63,937 nucleotides of DNA, filler included, from Octopus bimaculoides (GCF_001194135.2; 3 parts of 2 records of this genome joined end to end with filler, not necessarily neighbours in it), one strand, 5' to 3'. Counted from the first letter of the whole stretch, positions 1 through 15,460 are shown. Notes: a model not told the origin generated them from the sequence alone. Numbers and translations are program-made.

Positions 1-32
1 ATATATATATATATATATAGATATATATACAC

Positions 33-69
<37 letters not shown>

Positions 70-366
70 TATATATAGATATATACGTACATACATGCAT
101 ACATGTATGTATACGTGTGAATACGCACGTCTCAGTGATTTTATTTGTTTCACATACACACTCACACACACCTATCTATTCCCACACGTATATTTCTGTG
201 TGGGGGGATAGAGAATGCATAACTGTATGGCTGAGCGTGTTGGGTGGGGGGGGGTCTTTGTAAATAATCCATATGTTTAACATTAACTATTAACATATAC
301 ATTTCGATATATTGCAATTACATATATCATTTATATGCTAAAGAAAACAATATGAAACGTATAGTC

Positions 367-446
<80 letters not shown>

Positions 447-1489
447 CTCATATATTCAAATGCATTTACGCATTTGAATATCTCTGTTTATGTGTTTACG
501 TCCCAATATATANNNNNNNNNNNNNNNNNNNNNNNNNNNNNNNNNNNNNNNNNNNNNNNNNNNNNNNNNNNNNNNNNNNNNNNNNNNNNNNNNNNNNNNN
601 NNNNNNNNNNNNNNNNNNNNNNNNNNNNNNNNNNNNNNNNNNNNNNNNNNNNNNNNNNNNNNNNNNNNNNNNNNNNNNNNNNNNNNNNNNNNNNNNNNNN
701 NNNNNNNNNNNNNNNNNNNNNNNNNNNNNNNNNNNNNNNNNNNNNNNNNNNNNNNNNNNNNNNNNNNNNNNNNNNNNNNNNNNNNNNNNNNNNNNNNNNN
801 NNNNNNNNNNNNNNNNNNNNNNNNNNNNNNNNNNNNNNNNNNNNNNNNNNNNNNNNNNNNNNNNNNNNNNNNNNNNNNNNNNNNNNNNNNNNNNNNNNNN
901 NNNNNNNNNNNNNNNNNNNNNNNNNNNNNNNNNNNNNNNNNNNNNNNNNNNNNNNNNNNNNNNNNNNNNNNNNNNNNNNNNNNNNNNNNNNNNNNNNNNN
1001 NNNNNNNNNNNNNNNNNNNNNNNNNNNNNNNNNNNNNNNNNNNNNNNNNNNNNNNNNNNNNNNNNNNNNNNNNNNNNNNNNNNNNNNNNNNNNNNNNNNN
1101 NNNNNNNNNNNNNNNNNNNNNNNNNNNNNNNNNNNNNNNNNNNNNNNNNNNNNNNNNNNNNNNNNNNNNNNNNNNNNNNNNNNNNNNNNNNNNNNNNNNN
1201 NNNNNNNNNNNNNNNNNNNNNNNNNNNNNNNNNNNNNNNNNNNNNNNNNNNNNNNNNNNNNNNNNNNNATATATATATATATATATATAATGGTTTATAA
1301 AGCGAGATACATGTAAATATATATTGTTTCTATATTGTCGTTATGTTGCTAGCCTTGTTGTATATTTTGGCGCTGTTGCTGATGTTGTTGCCATGTCTAT
1401 GTACTTACATGTTACATAATAATTTTGACAAAGACTCTGGAAATAATGGTATATCATATTAAAACTTTCAGTGAATACATACGTGGCGC

Positions 1490-1556
1490 TTAAGATGATG
1501 ACAATGATGATGGTGGAGATGATGACGATGACGACGACCATGACGACGACGACGAC

Positions 1557-1613
<57 letters not shown>

Positions 1614-1811
1614 GTTGATGGTAGTGTCCATGATGATGACGATGATGATAGTGGTGGTGATGGTGACGATGATGGTGTTGATGATGGTGATGATGATGTT
1701 GATGATGTTGATAGTGGTGGTGATGGTGACGATGATGGTGTTGATGATGGTGATGATGATGATGATGATGATGATGGTGGAGATGATGACGATGACGACG
1801 ACCATGACGAC

Positions 1812-1847
<36 letters not shown>

Positions 1848-2192
1848 GTTGATGATAGTGTTCATGATGATGATGATGATGATAGTGGTGGTGATGGTGA
1901 CGATGATGGTTTGATGATGGTGATGATGATGATGATGATAGTGGTGGTGATGGTGACGATGATGGTTTGATGATGGTGATGATGGTGATGATGATGGTGA
2001 TGATGATAGTGGTGGTGATGGTGACGATGATGGTGTTGATGATGGTGATGATGGTGATGATGATGATAGTGGTGGTGATGGTGACGATGATGGTGTTGAT
2101 AATGGTGATGATGGTGATGATGATGATGATGGTGATAATGTTGATAGTGGCCGTGATGGTGACGATGATGGTGTTGATGATGGTGATGATGG

Positions 2193-2230
<38 letters not shown>

Positions 2231-2270
2231 TTGATAGTGGTGGTGATGGTGACGATGATGGGGTTGGTGA
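1490..2270. repeat. Compound (ATG/GAT)n microsatellite with higher-order ~55-65 bp units
   Basis: GAT/GGT/GAC triplets; the motif atagtggtggtgatggtgacgatgatggt recurs about 8 times. Confidence 0.95.
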
Positions 2271-2469
2271 CTGAGGAAACATGTGCAGCACAACTATATA
2301 CATCATCCCTATTATCGTTATCACTTCCCGCCCTCTTCCTGCTGATCACCATCAATCTCTCTCCTCATCATCAGCCGACCACGTGATCAACCACAGTCAC
2401 GGAAAGGATTCTCCTAGAAATATTTATACCCATATGATTCGATTGCTAAAGCTGATGGAAGGGAAACTT

Positions 2470-2640
2470 TGGTCGATCGCGTTTAGGTTTGGAGTAAATT
2501 ATTACAGAATGACGGAGATGTACTTGCATAGCAAGTGACCTGATCTGGGATCGTGTGCTGGAACGAAAACAAATGCAGCGTGGAAGGTGTTTATAAGCCA
2601 TTTAAAATAACACACAAAATCCGTTAGATTCACTTCGTCG
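2470..2640. repeat. Probable unclassified interspersed repeat
   Basis: Resembles a repeat I recall from octopus DNA (gatgtacttgcatagcaagtgacctgatctg...gttagattcacttc); single copy in this window. Confidence 0.35.
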
Positions 2641-2799
2641 GTGCTTGTGGCTGCATGGCTGGTGACGGTTCTGATGTGACTGGTGGGTATGTGCGTGGGT
2701 GGAAGGGATTTTAGTATTTTCGGTGGCGGTGATAATTTGGTGTTTCGGAGGGTTTTAATGTGAATGATGTCGGTGATTGTAGTGCTGAGTGTGTAGTAG

Positions 2800-2921
2800 T
2801 AGTAGTAGTAGTTGTTGTTGTTGTAGTAGCAACAACAGCAGCAACAGCAGCAGCAACAGCAGCAGCAACAGCAGCAGCAACAGCAGCAGCAACAGCAGTA
2901 ATAGTAGTAGTTGTTGCTGTT

Positions 2922-2965
<44 letters not shown>
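2800..2965. repeat. (TAG)/(CAG,CAA)/(TAG) compound trinucleotide microsatellite
   Basis: Direct reading. Confidence 0.95.
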
Positions 2966-2966
<1 letters not shown>

Positions 2967-3112
2967 AATTCCACCGTTGCTGACTTTGCTATTCATCCTT
3001 TCAGTGCCAATGAGCCTGGTGCGGGGGGAGGAGATGCGATCGATTTAGCCCCCCCCCCTTCTCCCACCAATAAAATTGCTCGCCTTGTGCCAAAATCTGA
3101 ATCCATTAATAC
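2965..3112 (+). mobile_element. SINE family B, decayed 3' half
   Basis: gactttgctattcatcctttc...aaaattgctcgccttgtgccaaaatctgaa aligns to the family B copies at 57081 and 59412. Confidence 0.75.
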
Positions 3113-3204
3113 TGTTTCTATTAAATTCGACGCCGACAAAAGCGGCTACCAAGACCGCGCCGACGACGATCGCGGTAACAATGGGGACAGTTACGACGAC
3201 GATA

Positions 3205-3276
<72 letters not shown>

Positions 3277-3496
3277 GGGTCGCGGTGTTGGTGATGGAAT
3301 TTGTTTATCGGTTGGCCTCGTAAAGTTGTCGCTTCCATTAGTAATTCCCGGTGATTATTATTTTTTTTTATTTCTACGAATTCATTTTATATATCGATGT
3401 ATCATTATCCGTCTATAGTGTTGAATTTAGAGCCATTCACCCATAGCCAGGCAACAATCACGCATACATATAAACATATGTGTGTATGTGTTCTTT

Positions 3497-3765
3497 CATT
3501 CTTATATTTGTTTCAATCATTTCACTGCGGCCATGCTGGAGCACCGCCTTTATTCGAACAAATCGACCCCAGCACTTATTCTTTGGAAGCCTAGTACTTA
3601 TTTTATCGGGCTCTTTATTTTGCCGAACCGCTAATGTTACGGGCACGATTTAGTCGGCCCGAGGCTATATTAGAAGACACTTGCCCAAGGCGCCACGCAG
3701 TGCTCCTGAACCTGCAATGATGTGGTTAGTAAACAATCTACTTAGCACACAGCCACTTCTGCACT
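3497..3765 (-). mobile_element. tRNA-derived SINE family A, internally deleted
   Basis: Both ends match the 21255-21652 copy; the central microsatellite module is absent. Confidence 0.85.
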
Positions 3766-4633
3766 TATAGCCACACATGTGCCGTCAAAAACGACGGCTA
3801 ATTGTAGTATTTCATATATAAACAAGCTACAAAATAAGGTACATAATAACCACAGATACAAACATTCACATAGTTCCCTGATACACACGCACACACGTAT
3901 ATTCACACACAGAGTTGAAAATCTGATTTTTTTTTCACTCCCCTTCCGTACTCATCTATCACCCGCTAACTTTCTCCATTGCTATTACTTTCTTTCACTC
4001 TCTCTCAGTCATGCCTATTACTCTGACTACTTCTCCTTCACTGAATTACTATTTTCTTTCCTCTCCCTTCATTTATACTGCGCTTTCTCCTACTCCGTCC
4101 TTTGGACAAATATATATATATATATATATGTCGTAAAGTATATTTGCCACGTAAATGAGACGGATCCGTAGGGGATGCTGTTACTGTTGTTTATAGCCCC
4201 AGGAAGACATCTTCTCCAGCTGGCTAACAACACACTGTCTGTGTCAGATTAGTTTTTGCGAAGGGAAATCATTGTTCTCATCTCTAGCCTTATTTGGAAA
4301 AAGCATATAGTATTTTGCGTTCGGAATGAGTCCTCGTCGCTAGCTGGTGATTGTCAAACGCTGATAACGGGTCATTATACAGAAACCCGGTTCCGTGTGT
4401 ATCAGGTAAGGCTAGAGATTGGAACGATGATTTCCCTTCATCGTTATATACACACACACATTCATATATACAGATACACAGATAGATCGATATGCACGTA
4501 AGAAAAAACGTCCCCCACACCCAAACCTACGCCTGCGCAGATATTACTAGTAATTGACAACAAAATATTATGCATATGTGTATCTCATTCACAATTTAAC
4601 TCCCGTTTTCTCTCTCTCTCTCTCTCTCTCTCC

Positions 4634-4674
<41 letters not shown>

Positions 4675-4698
4675 TCTTTTTCTTTCTATCTCTCTTTT

Positions 4699-4767
<69 letters not shown>

Positions 4768-4940
4768 CTATCGGTATCTCTCCCTCTCTTTCCTCTATTG
4801 TTTTATCAATCGATACAACTGTCTCTTACTCTGCATTTCTCTGTCTTTCACACAATGAGCATATGTATACATAGGCAAACACACACACACACACATATTA
4901 TATGGGCGGAAACAGAAAGAGATAGATGGAGGAATGGAAT

Positions 4941-4973
<33 letters not shown>

Positions 4974-5159
4974 CAAAAGGGAGTAAGTTAACTACAGTAT
5001 GTGTATTTAGAATATTGAATACATATCAGTGAATATGTTTATATACTTTTCATGTATGCGGAGATGTATGCATGACACACACTTACATGCATATATACAT
5101 ATACATAAATATATGAATACATGGACAAATACATAGTTAGCGAGAGAGAGATTAGACAC

Positions 5160-5206
<47 letters not shown>

Positions 5207-5309
5207 CATACATACATACATACATGTGTATGCAAGCATAAATACACTTTCACAATATATAAGGACAACTTATATAGACATAATTTGCTTGACATAATTT
5301 TTTCATTAA

Positions 5310-5345
<36 letters not shown>

Positions 5346-5807
5346 NNNNNNNNNNNNNNNNNNNNNNNNNNNNNNNNNNNNNNNNNNNNNNNNNNNNNNN
5401 NNNNNNNNNNNNNNNNNNNNNNNNNNNNNNNNNNNNNNNNNNNNNNNNNNNNNNNNNNNNNNNNNNNNNNNNNNNNNNNNNNNNNNNNNNNNNNNNNNNN
5501 NNNNNNNNNNNNNNNNNNNNNNNNNNNNNNNNNNNNNNNNNNNNNNNNNNNNNNNNNNNNNNNNNNNNNNNNNNNNNNNNNNNNNNNNNNNNNNNNNNNN
5601 NNNNNNNNNNNNNNNNNNNNNNNNNNNNNNNNNNNNNNNNNNNNNNNNNNNNNNNNNNNNNNNNNNNNNNNNNNNNNNNNNNNNNNNNNNNNNNNNNNNN
5701 NNNNNNNNNNNNNNNNNNNNNNNNNNNNNNNNNNNNNNNNNNNNNNNNNNNNNNNNNNNNNNNNNNNNNNNNNNNNNNNNNNNNNNNNNNNNNNNNNNNN
5801 NNNNNNN

Positions 5808-5846
<39 letters not shown>

Positions 5847-6226
5847 ATATCCCTCCCCCAATCGTTTTCTTTTTCTTACCTTCTCTTTCGATATGTATAT
5901 ACATGTATGTGTATATAAATTATGCATGTATGTTCATATATATATATAAAGAGTGGGAGAAGGACACAGAGAGATATAGGCTTTATACATGCAGATCTTT
6001 GTATGCGTGTAGATATGTAGGAACACTGAAATATGTACGTAGGCATGCAGCATATAACACATTCACCTACTGTTGTTGATGCGAAAATACATAACCTTGA
6101 GAAAGCATTTACATAAACGTATCTTTTGCGTAGATGGTTACTGTAACATTGATGGATATATAGACCGTCAGACAAATAAATAGATCGAGAGAGAAATAGA
6201 GTTGTATAGATAGGTAGCTAGCTAGC

Positions 6227-6306
<80 letters not shown>

Positions 6307-6307
6307 C

Positions 6308-6354
<47 letters not shown>

Positions 6355-6740
6355 CAATAGATAGATAGATTGACAAATGGATATATGTCAATATTGGTAT
6401 ATAGATATGCGTATGATGCATTCGATTTATTCAGCTTAAATACATCCCGTTCTCTCCCATCTGTCNNNNNNNNNNNNNNNNNNNNNNNNNNNNNNNNNNN
6501 NNNNNNNNNNNNNNNNNNNNNNNNNNNNNNNNNNNNCTATAGCTTTCAATCATTCTCTCACAGACGTAATGCGTACACTCGTTCGATTTGTTCTTTCTCT
6601 TATTAAAGTTAAATGATATATGCATCAATTGGCAAGTTCTATCATGTACAGCAGATTGCATTTCAGATCAATTAAAATAGGTTCATTAGATATGATGCGT
6701 AGACCTACCAAAACCTGCTTTATACGTCTGTATGGATGTG

Positions 6741-6790
<50 letters not shown>

Positions 6791-7184
6791 CGTGCGTGCG
6801 TGTGTGTGTGTCTTTGTGCTTGTGTGTGCAGATTTATACCTACACATATATTTATCCATATATATGTATACATGTGTGTATATATATATATGTATATATA
6901 TTTGTAGGCATGCGTGTGTGTGTACGTGTTTGTGTTCCTGTTTGTGTGCGTGTTAGTGGGTTAAATCTGCATATCCGATAACTATCATATATAGAGAATT
7001 CAAACAACACATGTTCCACACTCTCTCTTTCTCTATCTCTATCTCTCCCTCTCTCCCTGACATACACTCACACACATGTACACGAATGTTCCCCCCCCAC
7101 ACACACACACACACCTAACCTGACTTTCATTGCCCATTATTCTTCTGTATATTCACTGCTTTTGTGTTTGAGATCCTTTTTCTC

Positions 7185-7216
<32 letters not shown>

Positions 7217-7875
7217 NNNNNNNNNNNNNNNNNNNNNNNNNNNNNNNNNNNNNNNNNNNNNNNNNNNNNNNNNNNNNNNNNNNNNNNNNNNNNNNNNNNN
7301 NNNNNNNNNNNNNNNNNNNNNNNNNNNNNNNNNNNNNNNNNNNNNNNNNNNNNNNNNNNNNNNNNNNNNNNNNNNNNNNNNNNNNNNNNNNNNNNNNNNN
7401 NNNNNNNNNNNNNNNNNNNNNNNNNNNNNNNNNNNNNNNNNNNNNNNNNNNNNNNNNNNNNNNNNNNNNNNNNNNNNNNNNNNNNNNNNNNNNNNNNNNN
7501 NNNNNNNNNNNNNNNNNNNNNNNNNNNNNNNNNNNNNNNNNNNNNNNNNNNNNNNNNNNNNNNNNNNNNNNNNNNNNNNNNNNNNNNNNNNNNNNNNNNN
7601 NNNNNNNNNNNNNNNNNNNNNNNNNNNNNNNNNNNNNNNNNNNNNNNNNNNNNNNNNNNNNNNNNNNNNNNNNNNNNNNNNNNNNNNNNNNNNNNNNNNN
7701 NNNNNNNNNNNNNNNNNNNNNNNNNNNNNNNNNNNNNNNNNNNNNNNNNNNNNNNNNNNNNNNNNNNNNNNNNNNNNNNNNNNNNNNNNNNNNNNNNNNN
7801 NNNNNNNNNNNNNNNNNNNNNNNNNNNNNNNNNNNNNNNNNNNNNNNNNNNNNNNNNNNNNNNNNNNNNNNNNNN

Positions 7876-7916
<41 letters not shown>

Positions 7917-8984
7917 CATATGTCTGTGTGCGTGTGAGTGTATGCTTTTGTGTGTGAATACATCTATAAATATATACATATTCAAGTACTAATGGATTTA
8001 TTTATCCATTTGTGTAACGTATCTATGCATGAATACTTTATATATTTGTATAGGGTTTTGTATATCGCTTCCATAGCAATAGACACCTTTTCGCCACCCT
8101 TGCATATTTCTTACACTATATATTATATATTCAACACTTTTCGCCCGTTTCCAATACGCTACTTGGAGTTACCTGAGCTATTACTTCAAATATCCTCTGA
8201 AAATGCGCATATTTGGAGAATCATACTGATGTCCTGCAAGGTTAGAATAAATTAGATGTAGGCATATTTCTTTATTTGTGTACAATCCTGATTTTTTGTT
8301 AAATATTTTTTAGAATCATTTACCTCATATATACATTACTCAGGATGTTTCGAAATGTTTTGAGATTTTCAGTGAAGAAATGCGAATTAAATTATATATC
8401 GTTTGAGTGTAAATGTAACATCATTATATAAATCGCTTTTAGGCATTTTCATTCTCTTAACTTCGTATTTTGCTTTGTACAAAAACTCATGACATATTTC
8501 CGTCCTTCGTGTAAGAGAGGACATTCCAGCACTGTATAAAAGCGATCATTTTATTTATCTTCGACACTTCAACTGCTTTTTCCGTGTGTATAGGTATGTT
8601 TCTGTATGTGTGTATAACTGTGTACATGTGTGATTGACTGACGTACATACATGTGGTTTGTGCTAGTGTGTACGTACGAGTATAATTATTAATGTATGCG
8701 TCTGTATGTCTTTGGATTGATTTAAACGTAAGAATGTGCGCCTCTGTTTGTGTGTACGTCTGTCTAGCTACTAAAATCTCTCAATACATCGAAACTCAAG
8801 TGCAAAACGTTATTAACCCATCTGGGGAGTCTTCTGTGCAATGTGCTTTGCATCTGGTGTTATTGCATCGTTCCACCTCCTCAAGGGACCAGTGCATTTT
8901 GAAGATGAAGCAATTGTTGTGGTAATACAGAACATTTTTGTTGGTTTATTCCGTCTTCTTCTTTTTTATCTTTAACACACACAC

Positions 8985-10085
<1,101 letters not shown>

Positions 10086-10169
10086 AATATATTATTATTA
10101 TTAACATCAGGAAATAACATTGTCATTGAATATATTTAACTAAAGATTTATATATATATATTACGCTTT

Positions 10170-10330
10170 AACTCTTTTGCATGTTTCAGTCATTTGAATA
10201 TGGCCATGCTGGAGAATCGCCTTTAGTCGAACAAATCAACCCTAGGACTTATTGTTTGTAAGCTTAGTACTTATTCTATCGCTCTACGTTTTCCAAACCG
10301 CTAAGTTTCGGGAATACACGCACGCCAAGA
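10170..10330 (-). mobile_element. SINE family A, 3' half
   Basis: tttcagtcatttg..ggccatgctggag..cctttagtcgaacaaatc matches the family A tail. Confidence 0.85.
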
Positions 10331-11415
10331 CAGCCTACATGTTTATTCACGTATATTCACAAATATGCATANNNNNNNNNNNNNNNNNNNNNNNNNNNNN
10401 NNNNNNNNNNNNNNNNNNNNNNNNNNNNNNNNNNNNNNNNNNNNNNNNNNNNNNNNNNNNNNNNNNNNNNNNNNNNNNNNNNNNNNNNNNNNNNNNNNNN
10501 NNNNNNNNNNNNNNNNNNNNNNNNNNNNNNNNNNNNNNNNNNNNNNNNNNNNNNNNNNNNNNNNNNNNNNNNNNNNNNNNNNNNNNNNNNNNNNNNNNNN
10601 NNNNNNNNNNNNNNNNNNNNNNNNNNNNNNNNNNNNNNNNNNNNNNNNNNNNNNNNNNNNNNNNNNNNNNNNNNNNNNNNNNNNNNNNNNNNNNNNNNNN
10701 NNNNNNNNNNNNNNNNNNNNNNNNNNNNNNNNNNNNNNNNNNNNNNNNNNNNNNNNNNNNNNNNNNNNNNNNNNNNNNNNNNNNNNNNNNNNNNNNNNNN
10801 NNNNNNNNNNNNNNNNNNNNNNNNNNNNNNNNNNNNNNNNNNNNNNNNNNNNNNNNNNNNNNNNNNNNNNNNNNNNNNNNNNNNNNNNNNNNNNNNNNNN
10901 NNNNNNNNNNNNNNNNNNNNNNNNNNNNNNNNNNNNNNNNNNNNNNNNNNNNNNNNNNNNNNNNNNNNNNNNNNNNNNNNNNNNNNNNNNNNNNNNNNNN
11001 NNNNNNNNNNNNNNNNNNNNNNNNNNNNNNNNNNNNNNNNNNNNNNNNNNNNNNNNNNNNNNNNNNNNNNNNNNNNNNNNNNNNNNNNNNNNNNNNNNNN
11101 NNNNNNNNNNNNNNNNNNNNNNNNNNNNNNNNNNNNNNNNNNNNNNNNNNNNNNNNNNNNNNNNNNNNNNNNNNNNNNNNNNNNNNNNNNNNNNNNNNNN
11201 NNNNNNNNNNNNNNNNNNNNNNNNNNNNNNNNNNNNNNNNNNNNNNNNNNNNNNNNNNNNNNNNNNNNNNNNNNNNNNNNNNNNNNNNNNNNNNNNNTAT
11301 ATATATATATATGTACATACATACATACATGTATATATATATTCATATATATATACACATATATACATATATATACATATATACATATATATATATATAT
11401 ACATATATTTATATA

Positions 11416-11471
<56 letters not shown>

Positions 11472-11750
11472 TATATGTGTGCATATGTAAGCATATGTGC
11501 ATGTGTGTATTCGTATGCGTTTGCGTTCATATTTGAATATATATAGATATATGAATGTGTACATATAGCTACATGCATACAAATATACATACATATATAC
11601 ACACATATACCACCTATGTTTAAAATATATACTCTCCTTGTTTAACTCGCGTTGACAATCGTTCACACTATTTCCTACTCTTCAGATTAAATACGTGATA
11701 GCATCTGCATATATCAAATCATACGTAAACATGTAGAAATATATATATAC

Positions 11751-11819
<69 letters not shown>

Positions 11820-12154
11820 CATATACGGGTGTATGTGCGTTTGCGTGTTTATGTGTGTGAAATGTATTTCCACTATTGTCGTCTTGTGAGAGGTTTTCTT
11901 CTCAACATCATGTTTGTTTGCAAATATACATCTTCAATTCAGTTTCTTGTTAACTCCCACTTCTTGACTCCGAATAAGACATCACAAATTACTCTAACTA
12001 CATGCACGCCATCAATATCATATCGATGCACACTCTGCTACCAAAGAACACATGCATACATCAGCATCTACATTAGACTCATTGACATACACAGGTTTGT
12101 GTGTTTGTATATGTGTATGTATTTATATACATGTTTGTGTGTGTATAGAGAGGT

Positions 12155-12179
12155 ATTATTATTATTATTATTATTATTA

Positions 12180-12210
<31 letters not shown>

Positions 12211-12230
12211 CATAATTATTATTATTACTA

Positions 12231-12300
<70 letters not shown>
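12155..12300. repeat. (TAT)n microsatellite
   Basis: Direct reading. Confidence 0.95.
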
Positions 12301-12499
12301 TTCATTCATTCATTCATTTCTATACGGATGCCACTTATTCTGCAGACGTTGTTCCTAATGTGCTTGAAGGTGATCCCATCTGAAAAGTGGGAGAATTTTA
12401 ATATTATTTCCCTTGGTTTAGAATTCTGTTTTGTTGCCTGTAATTGTTTTCAACTACAGTAAATTGCGTGGGATTCTTGTTTAATTCTTGTTATAGCTG

Positions 12500-12588
12500 C
12501 TATCATCATCATCATCATCATCATCGTCATCATCCTCATCATCAGCATCGTCGTCATCATCATTGTCGTCATCTTCGTCGTCGTCATC

Positions 12589-12644
<56 letters not shown>

Positions 12645-12694
12645 CATCATCATCATCGTCGTCGTCGTCATCATCATCATCATCGTCATCATCG

Positions 12695-12757
<63 letters not shown>

Positions 12758-12850
12758 ACATCATCGTCGTCGTCATCGTCATCATCATCGTCATCATCGT
12801 CATCATCGTCGCCGTCGTCGTCGTCACTATCATCATCATCATCACCCCAG
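12500..12850. repeat. (CAT/CGT)n microsatellite
   Basis: Direct reading. Confidence 0.95.
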
Positions 12851-12894
12851 TTAGAATTTTCTCATCTGTTCGGCGATATTTAGAACATATTGGA

Positions 12895-12980
12895 TTCGAA
12901 TTGAGCCATTTGAACACAGAACGTAAAGGACAAGCTGCTATTAAGCATTTTGCTCACGATTCTGCCGGTCCAGCACCTTC
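12895..12980 (-). mobile_element. SINE family B, head fragment
   Basis: Reverse complement ccggcagaatcgtgagcaaaatgctta..tttacgttctgtgttcaaat matches the family B 5' part. Confidence 0.7.
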
Positions 12981-13520
12981 GATAAGTAGAATTTATTACA
13001 ATTTAAGCTGTTTAATGTGTATTTTCAGCATATCGCATGGCTACATATCCCCGGATCTACATCGCAATTACACAATGAGTTATTCCTCTCCTATGAGTAT
13101 GAAATACAACTTCGGGATATGTATCACAGCATCTGCTGAGATACAAATGTCAGAGATCCGATGTTCTTTTTTTCTTTCTGTTAGCGCTATACATGTTGCT
13201 TGATAACATGTAACTAAACCACTCACGTATGGCGTTTTCAAATGGTGAGATGTTACCTGGTCCCTGGAATTCAGCAGGAACAGTGATGAGATGGAGTGTC
13301 ACTAGTAGCCAGTGGACTGGCATTTGTAGAGTTTGAGGAGGGCCCACTGGATCTTTCGCTATTTGTAGTGACTTTGAGTGTTAACATCATTTCTCTGACT
13401 CTATGTTTGACGTATCCTTACGATCGCTTGTATCGTCCCAGAAACTGCTTTTCAGCTACAGTTGTCCGTAGCACGTCTATATGCTGCATTTTCTGCAGGG
13501 TTGTGCTGTACAACAAAATA

Positions 13521-14102
13521 TTGGGTTGTCCGGAAAGTTCGTTCTGATTTATAGTAGCTTATCTTTCGACTTATTTTAGAACATGTTTGAGTCCATAAAA
13601 TAGGATTTGACTACACCTCAAATTAAAGCATAGTTTAAGCTATCTTTTCGTGGAAGAAGGTTTATGTTCCTATAACCTGTGTTAATTCTGTAACCCTTTA
13701 AAATAGAAGATCAGAAAGTTTATTTTCGGCACTTGATGCTTTTCTTTTTCCGTAAAGGGAAAAATACCTCACAAGCAACCAAAGAAATATGCGCAGTTTA
13801 CGGTGATATTTCTTTATCCGAAAGAACTGTACGGGAGTGGTTCGCAAGGTTCCGAGCTGGAGATTGTAGCCTTATTGATAAAGAGCGATCAGGCAGACTA
13901 TCCACTACAGATGACGGCCAAATCAAGTTATTAATGGAGAATAACACACATTGCACAACCGGAGAAATGGCAGAAAGCTTGAACCTATCAAAATCCGTCG
14001 TTTATGAGCACCTGGTAAAGCCTGGATACGCAAATCGCTGCGATGTTTGGGTACCACATGAGTTGAGTGAGAAGAACCTTTTGGAAAATCGGCACGAACT
14101 TT
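13521..14102 (+). mobile_element. Mariner transposon, internally deleted (HTH region only)
   Basis: TA followed by TIR ttgggttgtccggaaagttcgttctgattt; ORF FRKGKNTSQATKEICAVYG..TVREWFARFRAGD..RSGR..WVPHELSE; partial 3' TIR aaatcggcacgaacttt at 14086-14102. Confidence 0.92.
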
Positions 14103-15270
14103 GTGAATTCGTATATCATGTAGAACTTAAATATGCCTCCTTGGTAAGCCTTCTGCAGTAATCCATAATAATTTTGTATAATATCCGGTATATTGTCCTG
14201 CAATCCGAGATATAGTTCATAGACTTAGAAGACTTACTAAGGCATATACGGATTTCAAGATTCTCATACTAAAATGTATTTACCAAAATCGAAAACAGTA
14301 ACTTTGTTATATTTCAAACAAACACCATTTTCTCATATCATTTAATATTTTTTTAAAATCTATCATTCGATAAATTATACAAATTTCACATTTTATATCT
14401 CTGAGGAGAAGAAGTATTTTTTATAAATGTTTATGAATATAGGATTCCATTATAGAGCCAATAGTTTTGCGAAACGATCGTAAGATGCTTTAAAAACTTA
14501 ATTGTAAAGTATTAAATTTTAAACTGTCATATTTATTATTATTATATATTTATACTTATATATATTTACATATATTTTTATATATATTTATATTTTTAAT
14601 ACAATAATTATTCTACACCTGTATATATCTTTCTGAAGAATTTTTTCTAATGTTAATTTCCTGTTATTAGTTCATAATATATTATATAATATATATATAT
14701 GTGTGTGTGCGTATGTGTGTGTATGTGTGTGTATGTGTATGTTTGTGTGTGTGTGTCTGTGTGTCTGTGTCTGTGTGTGTATGTATGTATGTATGTATGT
14801 ATGTGTGTATATATATATATACATATATATATATACAAACTAATGTGTTTGTGTGTACATGTGTAGAGATAGCTAGACAGATAGATAGATAAGTAGACAA
14901 ACAAACACACAGACAGACTGGTAAAGAGATAGGCAGGGTGAGGAGCAGGCAGACAGACAGGCAGATAGATAATGAATAACATGTACTATTCTGCCATGGA
15001 TATTTTCAGCTTGAACAAAGCAATTAAAACCACTATGTCTGTATAATTTGATTCGATAATTCTGAAAATATCAAGAAGACGAATGTAGGTAACGTCTTGA
15101 TTAGGATTCAGAAGTTACTGCGTTCGGACGTTTGTACATGCAAGACATAATTAAATATGCGTGTGTGTGTAAACACACAGACACACGTACACACACACAC
15201 ACACACACACATATGACCATATATATTTAGCTATGTATATATAATTATTAATGATTATTATTATGTTCCA

Positions 15271-15460
15271 GACAGCGTGTTGGCAGAATACTTTAGAGGC
15301 TTTGAGTCTGTTTTTCGATCTGAGTTCAAATCCTGCCAAATTCGCCTTTGCCTTTCATCCTTTCGGGGTCGATATGATTAGTACCATTTGGTCACTGGAG
15401 TCTATTAAATTAACTTAATCCATCTGTCGGAATTATGGGCCTTATTCCGATATTTGAAAT
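15271..15460 (+). mobile_element. SINE family B
   Basis: tggcagaat..ctgagttcaaatcc (B box)..gcctttcatcctttcggggtcgat. Confidence 0.85.

Noticed and set aside
2300-2355. DDVYSCAAH resembling an Ig D-x-x-Y-x-C motif
   Set aside because: Short, embedded in low-complexity sequence, and without the rest of the domain or splice sites.
1341-2386. His-, Met-, Asp-, Ile- and Ser-rich ORFs
   Set aside because: All frames of a (GAT)n microsatellite are open; there is no coding signal.
4290-4410. Possible plus-strand exon ending at CAG|GTAAG (LIWKKHIV..RFRVYQ)
   Set aside because: No recognisable protein, no partner exons, and it lies beside repeat-like sequence.
8075-8240. Hydrophobic frame ..QYATWSYLSYYFKYP.. 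reminiscent of a channel TM1
   Set aside because: It ends in a stop within a few codons; AT-rich chance translation is likely.
8820-8960. Transmembrane-looking frame IWGVFCAMCFASGV..
   Set aside because: In-frame stop immediately upstream and no acceptor AG.
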